This document shows, piece after piece, positions 28,723 through 38,333 of a DNA stretch of 64,000 bases. Source of the DNA: an uncultured Actinomycetes bacterium (GTDB lineage Bacteria; Actinomycetota; Thermoleophilia; Gaiellales; JALYLC01); assembly GCA_963713435.1 (NCBI GenBank), contig CAVQLU010000007.1:80582-144581 (forward strand), read 5' to 3'. The position numbers and the translations under genes were made by a program. The notes under the pieces were generated by a model. It searched no databases and was not told where the DNA came from. It saw nothing but the letters and a program-made list of their open reading frames with translations. The stretch's first letter is position 1. Each line of letters begins with the position of its first letter.

Positions 28723-30672
28723 CTACTTCGGAGCGCGGTGCAGAACGATGTTGCGCCCGAGCGTGCCGCCGTTGCCGTGGCTGTCGCGCGCGACGACGAT
28801 CAGCGTCGCCTTGCGCCAGGCGCCGGGTGCGAGCGCGATGCGCCCGGAGGCCTGCAGCGGTACCTGCACGACGTGCGCGCGACCGGCCGCCACGCGTACC
28901 GGCGCGCGTGCGATGACCGGCCCGCTCGGGCCGCCCAGGCGCAGCGTCGCGACGCCGGTGCAACCGCCCGCCGTGCGGGCGTCACAGCCGATCGTGGCGC
29001 GCGCCCTTCCGGCACGCACCTTGAGCGGACCCGCGGCGAGACGCACGACCGGACCCGTGCCGGCGCGCGTGACGCGCACGGTCATCGTGGCGTTCGTCTC
29101 GGCGCCGGAGCCGTCGCCGACCTTGATGCCGAACGCATCGAGGCCGCGATAGCCGGGCTTCGGCCGGTAGGTGACCGACCCGCCCTTGAGCGCGAGCAGC
29201 GCCCCGTGCGCGGGCTTGGAGGCGATCGAGTAGACGAGCGCGTCGCCGTTCGGATCGGTGCAGGGCATGAGGATCTGCGTCGGCACGCCGACGCCCGCGC
29301 GCAGCTCGCGCGAGAGGCAGGCAGGCGGCGCCTGCCGTGCCAGCGCCACGAGCCCGCCGTTGGCCGCGGCGTAGAGCGCGTCACCGGCCGGGGCGATCGC
29401 GAGCGCCGTCGTCGCGCCCAGCTGCGCGAGACCCTGGCAACCGGCCGCGGCCGTGGTCGAGATGCAGCCCGCAGGCGCGGGAACGGCCGTGAGCGCGCCG
29501 GTGGCTTCGTCGCGATGGAGGGTCAGGATCGCTCCGTCACCGGTCGTCGCCACCGTGAGGCTCGAGCCGTCGGGCCCGAACGCGAGCGCGGCCGGAGCCG
29601 TCAGCAGCGGCGCGGCGCCGCAGTCCGCGACGCCCTGGCCGATGCATCCGGCGATGCCGGCGGGCTGCACGAGCAGGCCGGTGGCATCGCGCTGCAGGAG
29701 CGAGACGGCGTTCCCGGCCGAGGCCGCGTAGATGTCGCGCCCGCCGGGGGCGATCGCGATCGCCGTCAGCTGTCCGAGCGCGCGGCCCGTGGCGCACGAG
29801 AGGCCGCCGCCGAGCCGGATGCAGCCGGTCGGGCCGGGCTGCTGGGAGAGCCCGCCCGTGGTGGCGTCTCGCTGGAAGACCGCGACGGCGTTGGCGTCCT
29901 TGGACGCGGCATAGAGCGTCGCGCCGTCCGGGGCGATCGCGAGCGCATCGACGCCCGCGAGCGCACGACCGGAGAGGCACTCACCGGCGTCGGCACCGCC
30001 GCGCACGCAGGCCTGGCGGCCGCCCAGCTGGAGCAGAGCGCCGCCGGTCGCGTCGAGCGAGAAGGAGGCGATGGCATCGGCGTCGCGCCCGGCGACGTAC
30101 AGGCTGCGGCCGTCGGGGGCGATCGCGAGCGAGGTCGCGCCGAGCAGGCCGACGCCCGAGGCGCAGCCACCGCCGCCACCGGGCCGCACGCAGCCGGCGG
30201 CGCCGCGCAGCTGCGTCAGGGCACCGGTCTTGACGTCACGCGCGAACGCGGTCACCGAGCCGGAGATGGACGAGACGGCATAGAGGTGACGCCCATCGGG
30301 CGAGAGCGCCATCTGCGCGACGCCGTTCAGTGCGAGGGCATGCCCGCAGCCCGCGCCCACCGACGAGACGCAGCCGAGGGCACCGGTCAGCTGCGTGAGC
30401 GCTCCGGTCTTGAGGTCGCGCTGGAACGCGGAGATGGACGTGCCGCCACCCGCGTAGAGATTGCGCCCGTCGGCGCTGATCGTCACGGTGCGCGCGCTCT
30501 CGAGACCCGGAGCGCTCGTGCACCCGGCCGCCGGTGACTGCGCGAAGCACAGCTGCGGCGTGGCGATGGGGGTCAGCGAGCCCGGCGGGCCCGCTGCGGC
30601 GTGCGCGCTGGCCAGCGGCACGAGGGCCGCGAACAGCGACCCGATGAGGAGAGCCCGTGCGTGAACCTTCAT
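28723..30672 (-). CDS. secreted Cys-rich beta-propeller repeat protein with a C-terminal Ig/cadherin-like domain
   Basis: ATG at 30672 with signal peptide 'MKVHARALLIGSLFAALVPLASAHA'. Six to seven ~60-aa repeats follow the pattern 'A(I/L)(A/S)PDGxxLYA...F.RD..TGAL.QL.G..GC......GC'. The tail 'DPNGDALVYSIASKPAHGAL...YRPKPGYRGLDAFG' is Ig-like. Confidence 0.65.
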   Translation of the reverse strand: MKVHARALLIGSLFAALVPLASAHAAAGPPGSLTPIATPQLCFAQSPAAGCTSAPGLESARTVTISADGRNLYAGGGTSISAFQRDLKTGALTQLTGALGCVSSVGAGCGHALALNGVAQMALSPDGRHLYAVSSISGSVTAFARDVKTGALTQLRGAAGCVRPGGGGGCASGVGLLGATSLAIAPDGRSLYVAGRDADAIASFSLDATGGALLQLGGRQACVRGGADAGECLSGRALAGVDALAIAPDGATLYAASKDANAVAVFQRDATTGGLSQQPGPTGCIRLGGGLSCATGRALGQLTAIAIAPGGRDIYAASAGNAVSLLQRDATGLLVQPAGIAGCIGQGVADCGAAPLLTAPAALAFGPDGSSLTVATTGDGAILTLHRDEATGALTAVPAPAGCISTTAAAGCQGLAQLGATTALAIAPAGDALYAAANGGLVALARQAPPACLSRELRAGVGVPTQILMPCTDPNGDALVYSIASKPAHGALLALKGGSVTYRPKPGYRGLDAFGIKVGDGSGAETNATMTVRVTRAGTGPVVRLAAGPLKVRAGRARATIGCDARTAGGCTGVATLRLGGPSGPVIARAPVRVAAGRAHVVQVPLQASGRIALAPGAWRKATLIVVARDSHGNGGTLGRNIVLHRAPK

Positions 30673-30724
30673 GGTGGCGCACTTCGACTCACCTGCCACG
30701 AATCCTGTCGTGGCCGAGCTCCCG

Positions 30725-33503
30725 CTACCCGGTGACGAGGCTGACGCGGCCCTTCACCCCGCTCTGCGGCGCGACCTTGACCTGCGCGCGCGCCGTCACC
30801 TTGCCGGCGTTCCCGGCCGTCGCGACGACGACGTTGCTGATCACACCGGCCTTGGCGTCGCCGTCCACGCTCGCGGTGATCTTGAACGTCCTGGTCGAGC
30901 CCGCCTTGGCCAGCGCCACGTGCCAGCAGGCCCGCCCCCGGCTGAAGCTGGCTCCGGCGGCCGACTCGAAGACGAGCGCATCCGGCAGCGTGTCGCAGAC
31001 GTCGACCTGCTTGGCGTCGATCCTGGACGGCACCTTGAGGTGATGGTGAACGTGACCTTCCCGCCCGGCTGGACGGTCGCCGGAGCCGCCGTCTTGCGCA
31101 GCGACAGCTTCGAGGGCGGCGCGGCCGTGATCGTGACCGTCGCCGAGTCCTTGTTGTTGGCCGGGTTCGAGTCGGGCGTCGGCGACGAGACGGTCGCCTC
31201 GTTCGTGCGCGTCTTGTTCGCGAGCGAGAGCGGGATGCCCGAGACCAGCGTGATCGTCACGCTCTGGCCGCGGCCAGGTCGCCGAGCGCGCAGCGCACCG
31301 TGCTGCCGTCGAGTCCGCAGGCCGGTGGCGCGACGGACACGAACGTCATGCCAGGCGGCAGCGGGTCGGCCACGCGGACGTCCTTGGCCGTCGAGGGCCC
31401 GTTGTTCGTCACGACCATCGTGTACGTGACCTTGACGCCGGGCGGCGTCGTGGCCGGGACGACCGACTTGACGATCGCCACATCGGCGATCGAGCCGACC
31501 GCCACCGGGTCGTCGTCGCGGTTGTTGGCCGTGTTCGTCTCGCCGCCACCGCCGGTGACGCCCGTGTTGATCAGCGAATCCGGCGCGCTCTCGAGCACGT
31601 TCACGATCACGCTCACCGGCGCATAGGCCGAGCCGGGCGCGAGCGCGTCGGAGCGCTGGCAGTGCAGCGAGTTCGCGGCGGGGTTGACGCCGCACTCCCA
31701 GCCGGCGCCGGCGGCGCTCACGACCGCGAGCCCGGCCGGCAGCGTGTCGTCGATCACGACCGCGCCCTCCGTGGCCCGCCCGCCCACGTTGCTGACGAGC
31801 AGCGTGAACGTCCCCTGCGAACCGCGCACGAAGGTCCCGGTGTGCGACTTGTCGATCGTCACGTCGGGCACGCCGCGCACCGTCACCGCGGCGGGCGCGC
31901 TCGCAATCGAGGTGTAGTCCGTGCCGGCCGCGTCCTTGCTCGAGAGGATCGCGGTGTTGAGGATCTGCGTGCCATCGGCCGTGCCGGCGCCGACCACGAC
32001 GTCGAAGCGCACCGTGAACGACTGGCCGGGCGCGATCACCCCGCCGCCGTCGTTCGGGGGCACGAGCGCCCCGGCACCCGTCCCGATGCGGAAGCGCACC
32101 GCGTTGGCCGCCCCGTCGAACTCCGCCTGGTCGCCGTCGCTGGGATCGGTCTTCGTCCCGGCGATGCCGCCCGGGCTGTCGACGATCTGCAGCGAGCCCG
32201 GCTGGAAGCTCGTGTGCGGCGGGATCGCGTCGTCGATGCGCGCGTCGTAGGCGCTGGAGCGTCCCGTGTTGGTCGAGCTGATCTCGTAGCGCAGCACGTC
32301 GCCGGGATTCACGTCGCCGCCGTTGAGGTCGCTGACGGTCTTCTTCAGCACCATCTCCGGGGCGTAGATGTCGGTGCGGAACCAGACGACGCCGGGCAGG
32401 TAGCGGTCGCCGGTGGTGGACAGCTTGATCGTCGCGCTCGTGGTGTTGTTCGGGACGACGCCCGCGGGCACGTCGAAGACGCCCGCGTCGAAGCCGAGCT
32501 GGTTGGCGTAGTCGGGCGACTTGCCGGTCACGGGTGTGCCGAGGTCGGTGATCCCGGAGTTGAAGAAGTTGATCGGCGAGTGCGCTGCGTCCGACAGCGT
32601 GCTGCCGTTGAGCGCCAGCGAGTCGCCGGTCAGGTTGATGTCGCCCTCGTAGGAGACGAAGCCGAGCTGGGTGTTGACGTCGCCGTCGATCGGCGTCCGG
32701 AACCCGCTCACGGGAATCGTCGTCGTCGCGCCGTTGGCGACCTGGGCGAAGCCGTCGAAGACCGTCAGGTTGCGAGCCGGCTGCGTGACGTCCTGATAGG
32801 CCACGACGAGCGACCAGCCCGCATGGCGGTCGGCGCCGGTCCCGGCCTGCACGTTGCCGATCGTGTAGCTGCCGCCGCCACCCGCCTGCACCAGCGAGGT
32901 CACGTCCGCGAAGGCCTGATAGCGGGTGCGCTCGTCGGCGGCGCCGGGATTGCCGCAGCCCAGGTCCTCGGTGTAGGTGTCGAAGGTGGTGGCGTTGACG
33001 GGGACGTAGCTGCCGCCCGGCGGCTTCAGCCAGGCCGAGGCGGCTGCGGCGGGATTCGCAGCGGCGTGGCCCGTCCGCTGCGTGTCGTCGCACTGCAGGG
33101 GCAGCGTCTCGCCCTGGTCGAAGGCCGCGCCCCAGTAGAGGCCTGCGAACAGCACGGTGGCCCCGGCGGGCACGGCGAGGTTCGCGCTCGACGAGTTGAC
33201 GGTCGCAGCGACGCCGTCGACATCCACGTAGTCCATCGGGTAGTAGTTGTCGTCCGCCAGGCCGCCGTCCTGCCCGTCCTCGCAGGCCACGCCCGTCTGC
33301 GTCTCGGTCGTCCCGGGCGGGCAGGTCATGAGCGTGTTGGCGGCCAGCGCGATGTCGCCATTGGTGTTGATGGCGTAGCGCACCGTGAACGGGCGCGCAA
33401 CCGAGCCGGGAGTGACCGCCGCCACGGCCTGGGCCGCGGCGAGCAGCCCGATCGCGAACAGCATCAGAACGAGGACTGGCCCCCGAGCCGTACGCGGATG
33501 CAT
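30725..33503 (-). pseudogene. large secreted surface protein with DUF11-type ('conserved repeat domain') repeats. Two frame breaks (near 31270 and 31040).
   Basis: Signal peptide 'MHPRTARGPVLVLMLFAIGLLAAAQAVAA', then a ~430-aa N-terminal domain of unknown type, then repeats such as 'DVTIDKSHTG...TFTLLVSNVGG', 'DVAIVKSV...VTYTMVVTNNGPSTA' and 'LSLRKTAAPATVQPGGKVTFTIT'. The pieces lie in ORFs 31257..33503, 30841..33093 (tail) and 30725..31033. Confidence 0.7.
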
Positions 33504-33675
33504 CCGGTGTTCCCCCCTGCCCTACTCGTTGCCCGGGCCCGCGGTCCCCCCGTAACCCCGCGACCCCCGGACCGGGGAGGGTGTCAAAGTCAACCCATAG
33601 AAGGCAACTATCCGCCGAAATCTACTGATTTCGCCCAAGATCAGATCCGCACTACCCCCTACCCACCCAACCCGA

Positions 33676-34071
33676 TCAGACGTCGTCGATGGCGACGCCG
33701 TGCGCCTTCAGCAGGGCTTCGAGCCGCGCCCGCTCGGCGTCGTCGGCGATCGGCCAGCGCGGAACGCCCGGCGCCAGCAGTTGCTGTTCCAGCAGCATCG
33801 CCGCGAGCCGCAGCGCCGCGGCGCGCACCTTCGGCGGCGGATCGCCCTCGAGCGCCGTCCGCGCCTGCTCGCCCCGGGCTCGCAGGTACGCCCGCCAGCG
33901 CTCGGGCGTCCCCGCCAGCACGAGCCGCTCGACCTCCTGGCGGCGCATGTCCAGCGTGCGCTCGGGCCGAGCGGGATCGTCGAGCAGCGCGAGCAGCGCC
34001 GGCGCGTCGCGCTCGATCTCGGGCGGCAGGAAGAGCCACGCGTCGAGCCGGTCCTGGCGCGAGCCGGTCAC
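33676..34071 (-). CDS. hypothetical protein (131 aa, predicted helical), translationally coupled to the Rieske oxygenase
   Basis: GTG start at 34071 overlaps the oxygenase stop (GTGA). GC3 is consistent with coding. I recognise no motif. Confidence 0.45.
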   Translation of the reverse strand: MTGSRQDRLDAWLFLPPEIERDAPALLALLDDPARPERTLDMRRQEVERLVLAGTPERWRAYLRARGEQARTALEGDPPPKVRAAALRLAAMLLEQQLLAPGVPRWPIADDAERARLEALLKAHGVAIDDV

Positions 34072-35177
34072 GCCTCGTCGATGCCCGGCACCATCTCGCG
34101 CATGAGGTCGTGGTAATGCGCGATGGCGCGCTCGTTGCGGTTGAGCACGCCGCGCTCGTAGGTACGCGCGCCGAGTCCCTGCTGCACCCCGGCGCAGAGC
34201 GTCTTGTCCTCGTCCATGACCCGGTCGTTGAAGCGCCAGTTGATGCGGCGCGCGACGCGGTTGGCGAACGGCTCCTCCTCGGGGGTGAAGACCCAGGTGA
34301 CGGTGACCGTGCGGTCCGGCGCGACCGGGATCAGCTGCCAGGTGTCGTACTGGTCGGGGTAGAGATCGAGGAAGAGGCCCGGGAACAGGTGCGCGTAGGC
34401 CCACGAGCCGTGCAGGTCGGCGGGATAGGCCGCCATGGGCCGCACGAGGCGCTGGTAGAGGCGCTCGCGGCGGACGACGGAGGGCTTGTCCCGCAGCGGC
34501 GCGCTGATCCAGGCGTGGCGGCTGCCGAGCTGCGGGTCGTACTTCTTGTAGTCCAGCATCCGCAGGAGCCCGGGATGCCCGACCGGGATGTGGTAGCCCT
34601 CGAGGTAGTTGTCGGCCAGGTTCTTCCAGTTGTACGGGTACTCGACGACCAGCGGGCCCTGCGTCTTGAGACCGGCGATGCCGAGCGACTCGAGGCGCTC
34701 GCGCGCGTCTCCGAACCACTCGGCGAGTGGCGGCAGATCGGCGTCGAGGGAGACGAAGACGAGGCCCGCCAGCGACTCGACGCGGAACGTCGGCAGCCGC
34801 ACGCCCTCGCGATCGAGGGCGGCGAAGCCGCGCGCCTCCGGGACCGCGGCCAGCTGGCCGTCCTGGCGGTAGGTCCAGCCGTGGTACGGGCAGCGCAGCA
34901 CCTTGGGACAGCGCCCGGTGCCCTCGAGGATCTGCATGGCTCGGTGGCGGCAGACGTTCGAGAGCGCCCGCAGCTCTCCGTCGTCGCCGCGCACGACCGC
35001 CACGGGCTCGCCCGCGACGTTCGCGGTGGCGAACGAGCCGGGCTCGGCCACCACTCGCTCGGGGCAGACGAAGATCCAGGAACGCGCGAAGACGTTGTCG
35101 AGCTCCGACTGGAAGACGTCGCGATCCACGTAGGCGCGGGCGGGAAGGGTGACGCGCTGGTCGTTCGCAACACTCAT
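34068..35177 (-). CDS. Rieske [2Fe-2S] non-heme iron oxygenase, alpha-subunit type (GbcA/CntA/choline monooxygenase-like)
   Basis: ATG at 35177 (ATGA overlap with the tetR stop). The Rieske motif is 'CRHRAMQILEGTGRCPKVLRCPYHGWTY'. The catalytic domain has 'NWKNLADNYLEGYHIPVGHP'. Confidence 0.85.
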   Translation of the reverse strand: MSVANDQRVTLPARAYVDRDVFQSELDNVFARSWIFVCPERVVAEPGSFATANVAGEPVAVVRGDDGELRALSNVCRHRAMQILEGTGRCPKVLRCPYHGWTYRQDGQLAAVPEARGFAALDREGVRLPTFRVESLAGLVFVSLDADLPPLAEWFGDARERLESLGIAGLKTQGPLVVEYPYNWKNLADNYLEGYHIPVGHPGLLRMLDYKKYDPQLGSRHAWISAPLRDKPSVVRRERLYQRLVRPMAAYPADLHGSWAYAHLFPGLFLDLYPDQYDTWQLIPVAPDRTVTVTWVFTPEEEPFANRVARRINWRFNDRVMDEDKTLCAGVQQGLGARTYERGVLNRNERAIAHYHDLMREMVPGIDEA

Positions 35178-35737
35178 GTCTGCAGCTCCGAGGCGATGGC
35201 GTGGTGCACGAGCGCGCGGGCGCGCGCTCGGCCGATCCCGCCGAGCAGGGCCTGCTGGGCGAGCCCGTCGACGAGCGCACACAGGCGCGCGGCACTCGCC
35301 GCATCGTCGACGGGCGGGCCGGCGCAGGCGCGCACGTGCTCGGCGACCTCCGCGACCCACGAGCGATAGGACTCCTCGACATCCGGTCGCAGGGCGGGCT
35401 CGTAGAGCGCCGCGCGCAGCATCTCCGACCAGATCCGCCAGCTCTGCTCGACCGCCTCGTCGTCCACGAGGTAGGAGAGGACGGCCATCTCGAGTCGCTC
35501 GCGCGGCGTCGCGGCGCCCCGGACGGCGGACTGGATGAACGCGTCGACCTGCTCGTCGGCGTACAGGAACGCGCGCCGCAACAGCTCCGAGCGGGTGTCG
35601 AAGTAGTAGTGCACGAGCGCGCTCGAGACGCCCGCTGCCCGCGCCACGTCTCCCATGCGCATGCCGTCGCAGCCGCGCTCCGCGATCACGCGGCAAGCGG
35701 CACGGAGGATATCGTTGGTGCGGTCGACGACGGCCAT
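35174..35737 (-). CDS. TetR/AcrR family transcriptional regulator
   Basis: ATG at 35737. The HTH reads 'ILRAACRVIAERGCDGMRMGDVARAAGVSSALVHYYFDTRSELL'. Confidence 0.85.
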   Translation of the reverse strand: MAVVDRTNDILRAACRVIAERGCDGMRMGDVARAAGVSSALVHYYFDTRSELLRRAFLYADEQVDAFIQSAVRGAATPRERLEMAVLSYLVDDEAVEQSWRIWSEMLRAALYEPALRPDVEESYRSWVAEVAEHVRACAGPPVDDAASAARLCALVDGLAQQALLGGIGRARARALVHHAIASELQT

Positions 35738-35738
35738 C

Positions 35739-35758
35739 TTGACTGACTCGTCAGTCAA
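35739..35758. promoter_or_regulatory. perfect 9-2-9 palindrome, a candidate TetR operator
   Basis: TTGACTGAC-TC-GTCAGTCAA lies 2 nt upstream of the tetR start codon, in the tetR/tdk divergent intergenic region. Confidence 0.6.
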
Positions 35759-35833
35759 ACATACTTCAGACCCCCGTGTCAAGGCGGCCGCGCGGGGACG
35801 CGCGCCGTCCGGGCACTGCCATAGGCTGCCGCC

Positions 35834-36445
35834 GTGATCCCGTTCCTCCCCGCACGCGGCGGCTCGCTCGACGTCATCTGCGGCCCGATGTTCTCGGGCA
35901 AGAGCGAGGAGTTGCTGCGCCGCATGCGGCGCGCGGAGATCGCCCAGCTCTCGCCGCTGCTCTTCAAGCCCAGCCTGGACGATCGCTACGGCGACAGCGA
36001 TGTCGTCTCGCACGCCGGCAGCCGCCTGCGCTGCGTCTCGATCGGCGGGAGCGACGACATCGAGGCGCATCCCGGGATCGAATCGGCGCTCGTGATCGGC
36101 ATCGACGAGGTGCAGTTCCTCGACGAGGGCATCGTCGAGGTCGCGCTGCGCCTCGTGCAGCGCGGAGCCCGCGTCCTGGCCGCCGGTCTCGACCGCGACT
36201 TCCGGGGCGAGCCGTTCGGGCCGATGCCGCTCCTGCTCGCGCACGCCGACGATGCCGACAAGCTGCACGCGATCTGCCAGATCTGCGCCGGGCCGGCGAC
36301 GATGACGCAGCGCCTGGTCGACGGGAATCCGGCGCGCGGCGACGATCCCGTGATCCTGGTCGGCGCGAGCGAGCGCTACGAGGCGCGCTGCCGTGGCTGC
36401 CACCGGCTCGCAGAGGCGCCTCTGCCGCTCGCCGCCGCCGGCTGA
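35834..36445 (+). CDS. tdk: thymidine kinase
   Basis: GTG start at 35834. 'LDVICGPMFSGKSEELLRR' (P-loop), 'IGIDEVQFL', and the zinc ribbon 'CQICAGPATMTQR...YEARCRGCH'. Confidence 0.9.
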   Translation: MIPFLPARGGSLDVICGPMFSGKSEELLRRMRRAEIAQLSPLLFKPSLDDRYGDSDVVSHAGSRLRCVSIGGSDDIEAHPGIESALVIGIDEVQFLDEGIVEVALRLVQRGARVLAAGLDRDFRGEPFGPMPLLLAHADDADKLHAICQICAGPATMTQRLVDGNPARGDDPVILVGASERYEARCRGCHRLAEAPLPLAAAG

Positions 36446-36605
36446 GCGGCAACGAACTGCCTGCAAATCGCCAGATCAGGGGGGAACATGTCACCCCTTG
36501 CCGCCTGGCGTAAAGCGGGTGATGCTCGAACTGACTGTGCGGCCGCCAAAGCGGGCCGGGAGCCCGTGGTCGCCAGTTCCTTCGGTCCCTTCCCGGGACA
36601 CCATC

Positions 36606-36637
36606 GGCGAGCCGGGGCCACGCGCGCCCGGCTCGCC
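36606..36637. terminator. GC-rich hairpin between convergent genes (candidate bidirectional terminator)
   Basis: GGCGAGCCGGG (36606-36616) pairs with CCCGGCTCGCC (36627-36637). There is no clear U-tract. Confidence 0.35.
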
Positions 36638-36651
36638 AGGTGCGACCCTGG

Positions 36652-37263
36652 CTAGCGCCGCCCGGCCGTCCACTCGCCACGGCCGATCGCGCCCGAACGC
36701 ACCTCGGCGAAGCCGGCGCGCTTGAGACGCGGCGCGACCAGCGAGCTCGGGAACCAGATCGGCGTGCCGGGACCCATCGGGTAGCAGAAGAGCGCCCAGC
36801 CGCCCGGCGCCAGCACGCGATGGAGCTCGGCCTCGAACGGCTGCACCAGCAGGGACACCGCGAGATCGAAGCTCGCGTCCTCGTAGGGCACCTGCCCACC
36901 GTCGGCGACCGCGAAGCGCACGCGCTGCAGCTCGGGCTTGGCGCGCGCGAGCTCGATCATCTGCGGGGAGGCGTCGACCGCGTCGATCTCGGCCGCCGGA
37001 AAGCGCGCGGCGAGGATGCCCGCCGCCTGCCCGGTGCCCGTGCCGACGTCGAGTATGCGTGCGGGCTCGGTGACCCCGAGTCCCTCCAGCGCGTATTCGA
37101 GCATGCGCTGCGAATCGCCGACATCCGAGCGGATCGTGTCCCATTTCGGCGCGAGCTCGTCGAAGCGGCGAGCATGCGAGCGCGTGAGCACGGAGTGCAG
37201 CGCCGGCACGCGGCCCTCGAGCCGGGTGAGCAGGCGCATGGGGTGCAGGCGCCGGTCCTTCAC
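36652..37263 (-). CDS. class I SAM-dependent methyltransferase
   Basis: A 203-aa ORF with motif I 'ILDVGTGTGQAAGILA' and 'FDLAVSLLV'. It has a 4-nt overlap with the upstream qor-like gene. Confidence 0.75.
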   Translation of the reverse strand: MKDRRLHPMRLLTRLEGRVPALHSVLTRSHARRFDELAPKWDTIRSDVGDSQRMLEYALEGLGVTEPARILDVGTGTGQAAGILAARFPAAEIDAVDASPQMIELARAKPELQRVRFAVADGGQVPYEDASFDLAVSLLVQPFEAELHRVLAPGGWALFCYPMGPGTPIWFPSSLVAPRLKRAGFAEVRSGAIGRGEWTAGRR

Positions 37264-38234
37264 GAGAACTGCAGGAGCACCTTGCCGCGCTTGCCGCTGC
37301 CGGCCAGGCGGTCGAACGCGTCGCCGGTGCGCTCGTACGGGATGACCGAGTCGATCACGGGCTTCATCCGGCCGCTCGCGAGATGCGGCAGCACCTCGCG
37401 TTCGAAGGCGCGCACCGCGAGAGCCTTCTCCTCCAGCGGCCGCGCGCGCAGCATGGTGCCGCGGATGCTCGCGCGCCGCGACATCAGCTGGCGCAGCACG
37501 AGCGAGACCTCGGCTCCGGCGCCGAGTCCGACGATCACGATCCGCCCGAGCATCGCGACGGCGCGCAGGTTGTCGGGGAAATGCGGTGCCCCCACGAGCT
37601 CGAGGATCACGTTGGCACCCTGTCCGCCGGTGGCGCTCAGCACCCCGTCGGCGAAGCTCGCATCGTCGATCGGCTCGCCGCCCAGCTCGCGCACCAGCGC
37701 CCCGGCATTCGCGCTGCGCACGGTGCCGAGCACGCGGGCGCCTCCCGCGAGCCCGATCTGCAGGGCGGCGCTGCCGACTCCTCCCGCGGCGCCGTGCACG
37801 AGCAGGGTCTCCCCCGGGCTCAGCAGCGCCTGGCTGCGGATCGCATCGTGCGCCGTGATGAACGCCTCGGGCACCGCGGCCGCGCCCGCCTCGTCGAGGT
37901 TGTCCGGCACCGCTGCGACGCAGCGCTGGTGCACGATCACGCGATCGGCCAGCCCGCCGCCGCCGACGAGGCCGAAGACGCGGTCGCCGGGTTTCCAGCC
38001 GAGCACCTGCGCACCGCAGGCCTCGACGGTGCCCGCGACCTCGAGGCCGGGTACGTCCTGCGGACTGCCGGGAGGCGCGGGATAGGAGCCCGCGCGCTGC
38101 GACAGATCGGCGGGATTGAGGCCCGCGTGCGTCACACCCACGAGCAATTCCTCACTGCCCGGCACCGGATCGGGACGCTCCTCGAGACGGATCACCTCGT
38201 TGCCGCCGGCTCCGGCGAAGACCACTGCGCGCAC
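37260..38234 (-). CDS. NADPH:quinone oxidoreductase (zinc-type alcohol dehydrogenase superfamily)
   Basis: GTG start at 38234. 'VRAVVFAGAGGNEVIRLEERPDP', 'GLNPADL', 'PGLEVAGTV' and 'LVHGAAGGVGSAALQ'. Confidence 0.8.
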   Translation of the reverse strand: MRAVVFAGAGGNEVIRLEERPDPVPGSEELLVGVTHAGLNPADLSQRAGSYPAPPGSPQDVPGLEVAGTVEACGAQVLGWKPGDRVFGLVGGGGLADRVIVHQRCVAAVPDNLDEAGAAAVPEAFITAHDAIRSQALLSPGETLLVHGAAGGVGSAALQIGLAGGARVLGTVRSANAGALVRELGGEPIDDASFADGVLSATGGQGANVILELVGAPHFPDNLRAVAMLGRIVIVGLGAGAEVSLVLRQLMSRRASIRGTMLRARPLEEKALAVRAFEREVLPHLASGRMKPVIDSVIPYERTGDAFDRLAGSGKRGKVLLQFS

Positions 38235-38333
38235 GTCGCTCCCTCGGTTGAATCTCGGCGGCAGCGTAGACCACACCTGCTGCTCCGGCCGCCCGCGATC
38301 GGCGTGCCGCTGCGGCGGAAGTAGCATCCGCGC

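Noticed and set aside
26078-28963. A 961-aa ORF that appears to fuse HtpX to a huge N-terminal region. Other ORFs have similar N-terminal extensions: 1568..2950, 4963..6654, 5550..6785, 6242..7294, 12749..14740 and 35174..36466.
   Set aside because: Only the C-terminal parts have family motifs. Internal GTG/ATG starts coincide with the stop of the upstream gene (GTGA/ATGA overlaps). The extensions are read-through of the neighbouring genes' frames.
27730-30537. A 935-aa plus-strand ORF. Similar giants occur at 8630..10930(-), 11185..13092(-), 39745..41628(-), 48405..50342(-), 20622..22475(+) and 61580..63865(+).
   Set aside because: All of them overlap well-supported genes on the opposite strand or in another frame. 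All are Arg/Ala/Pro-rich with poor third-position GC bias, so they are GC artefacts.
31662-35369. A 1235-aa plus-strand ORF, the longest in the track
   Set aside because: It lies antisense to the DUF11, Rieske and hypothetical genes. Its translation is Arg/Ala/Gly/Pro low-complexity with no motifs. Long stop-free antisense frames are expected at this GC content.
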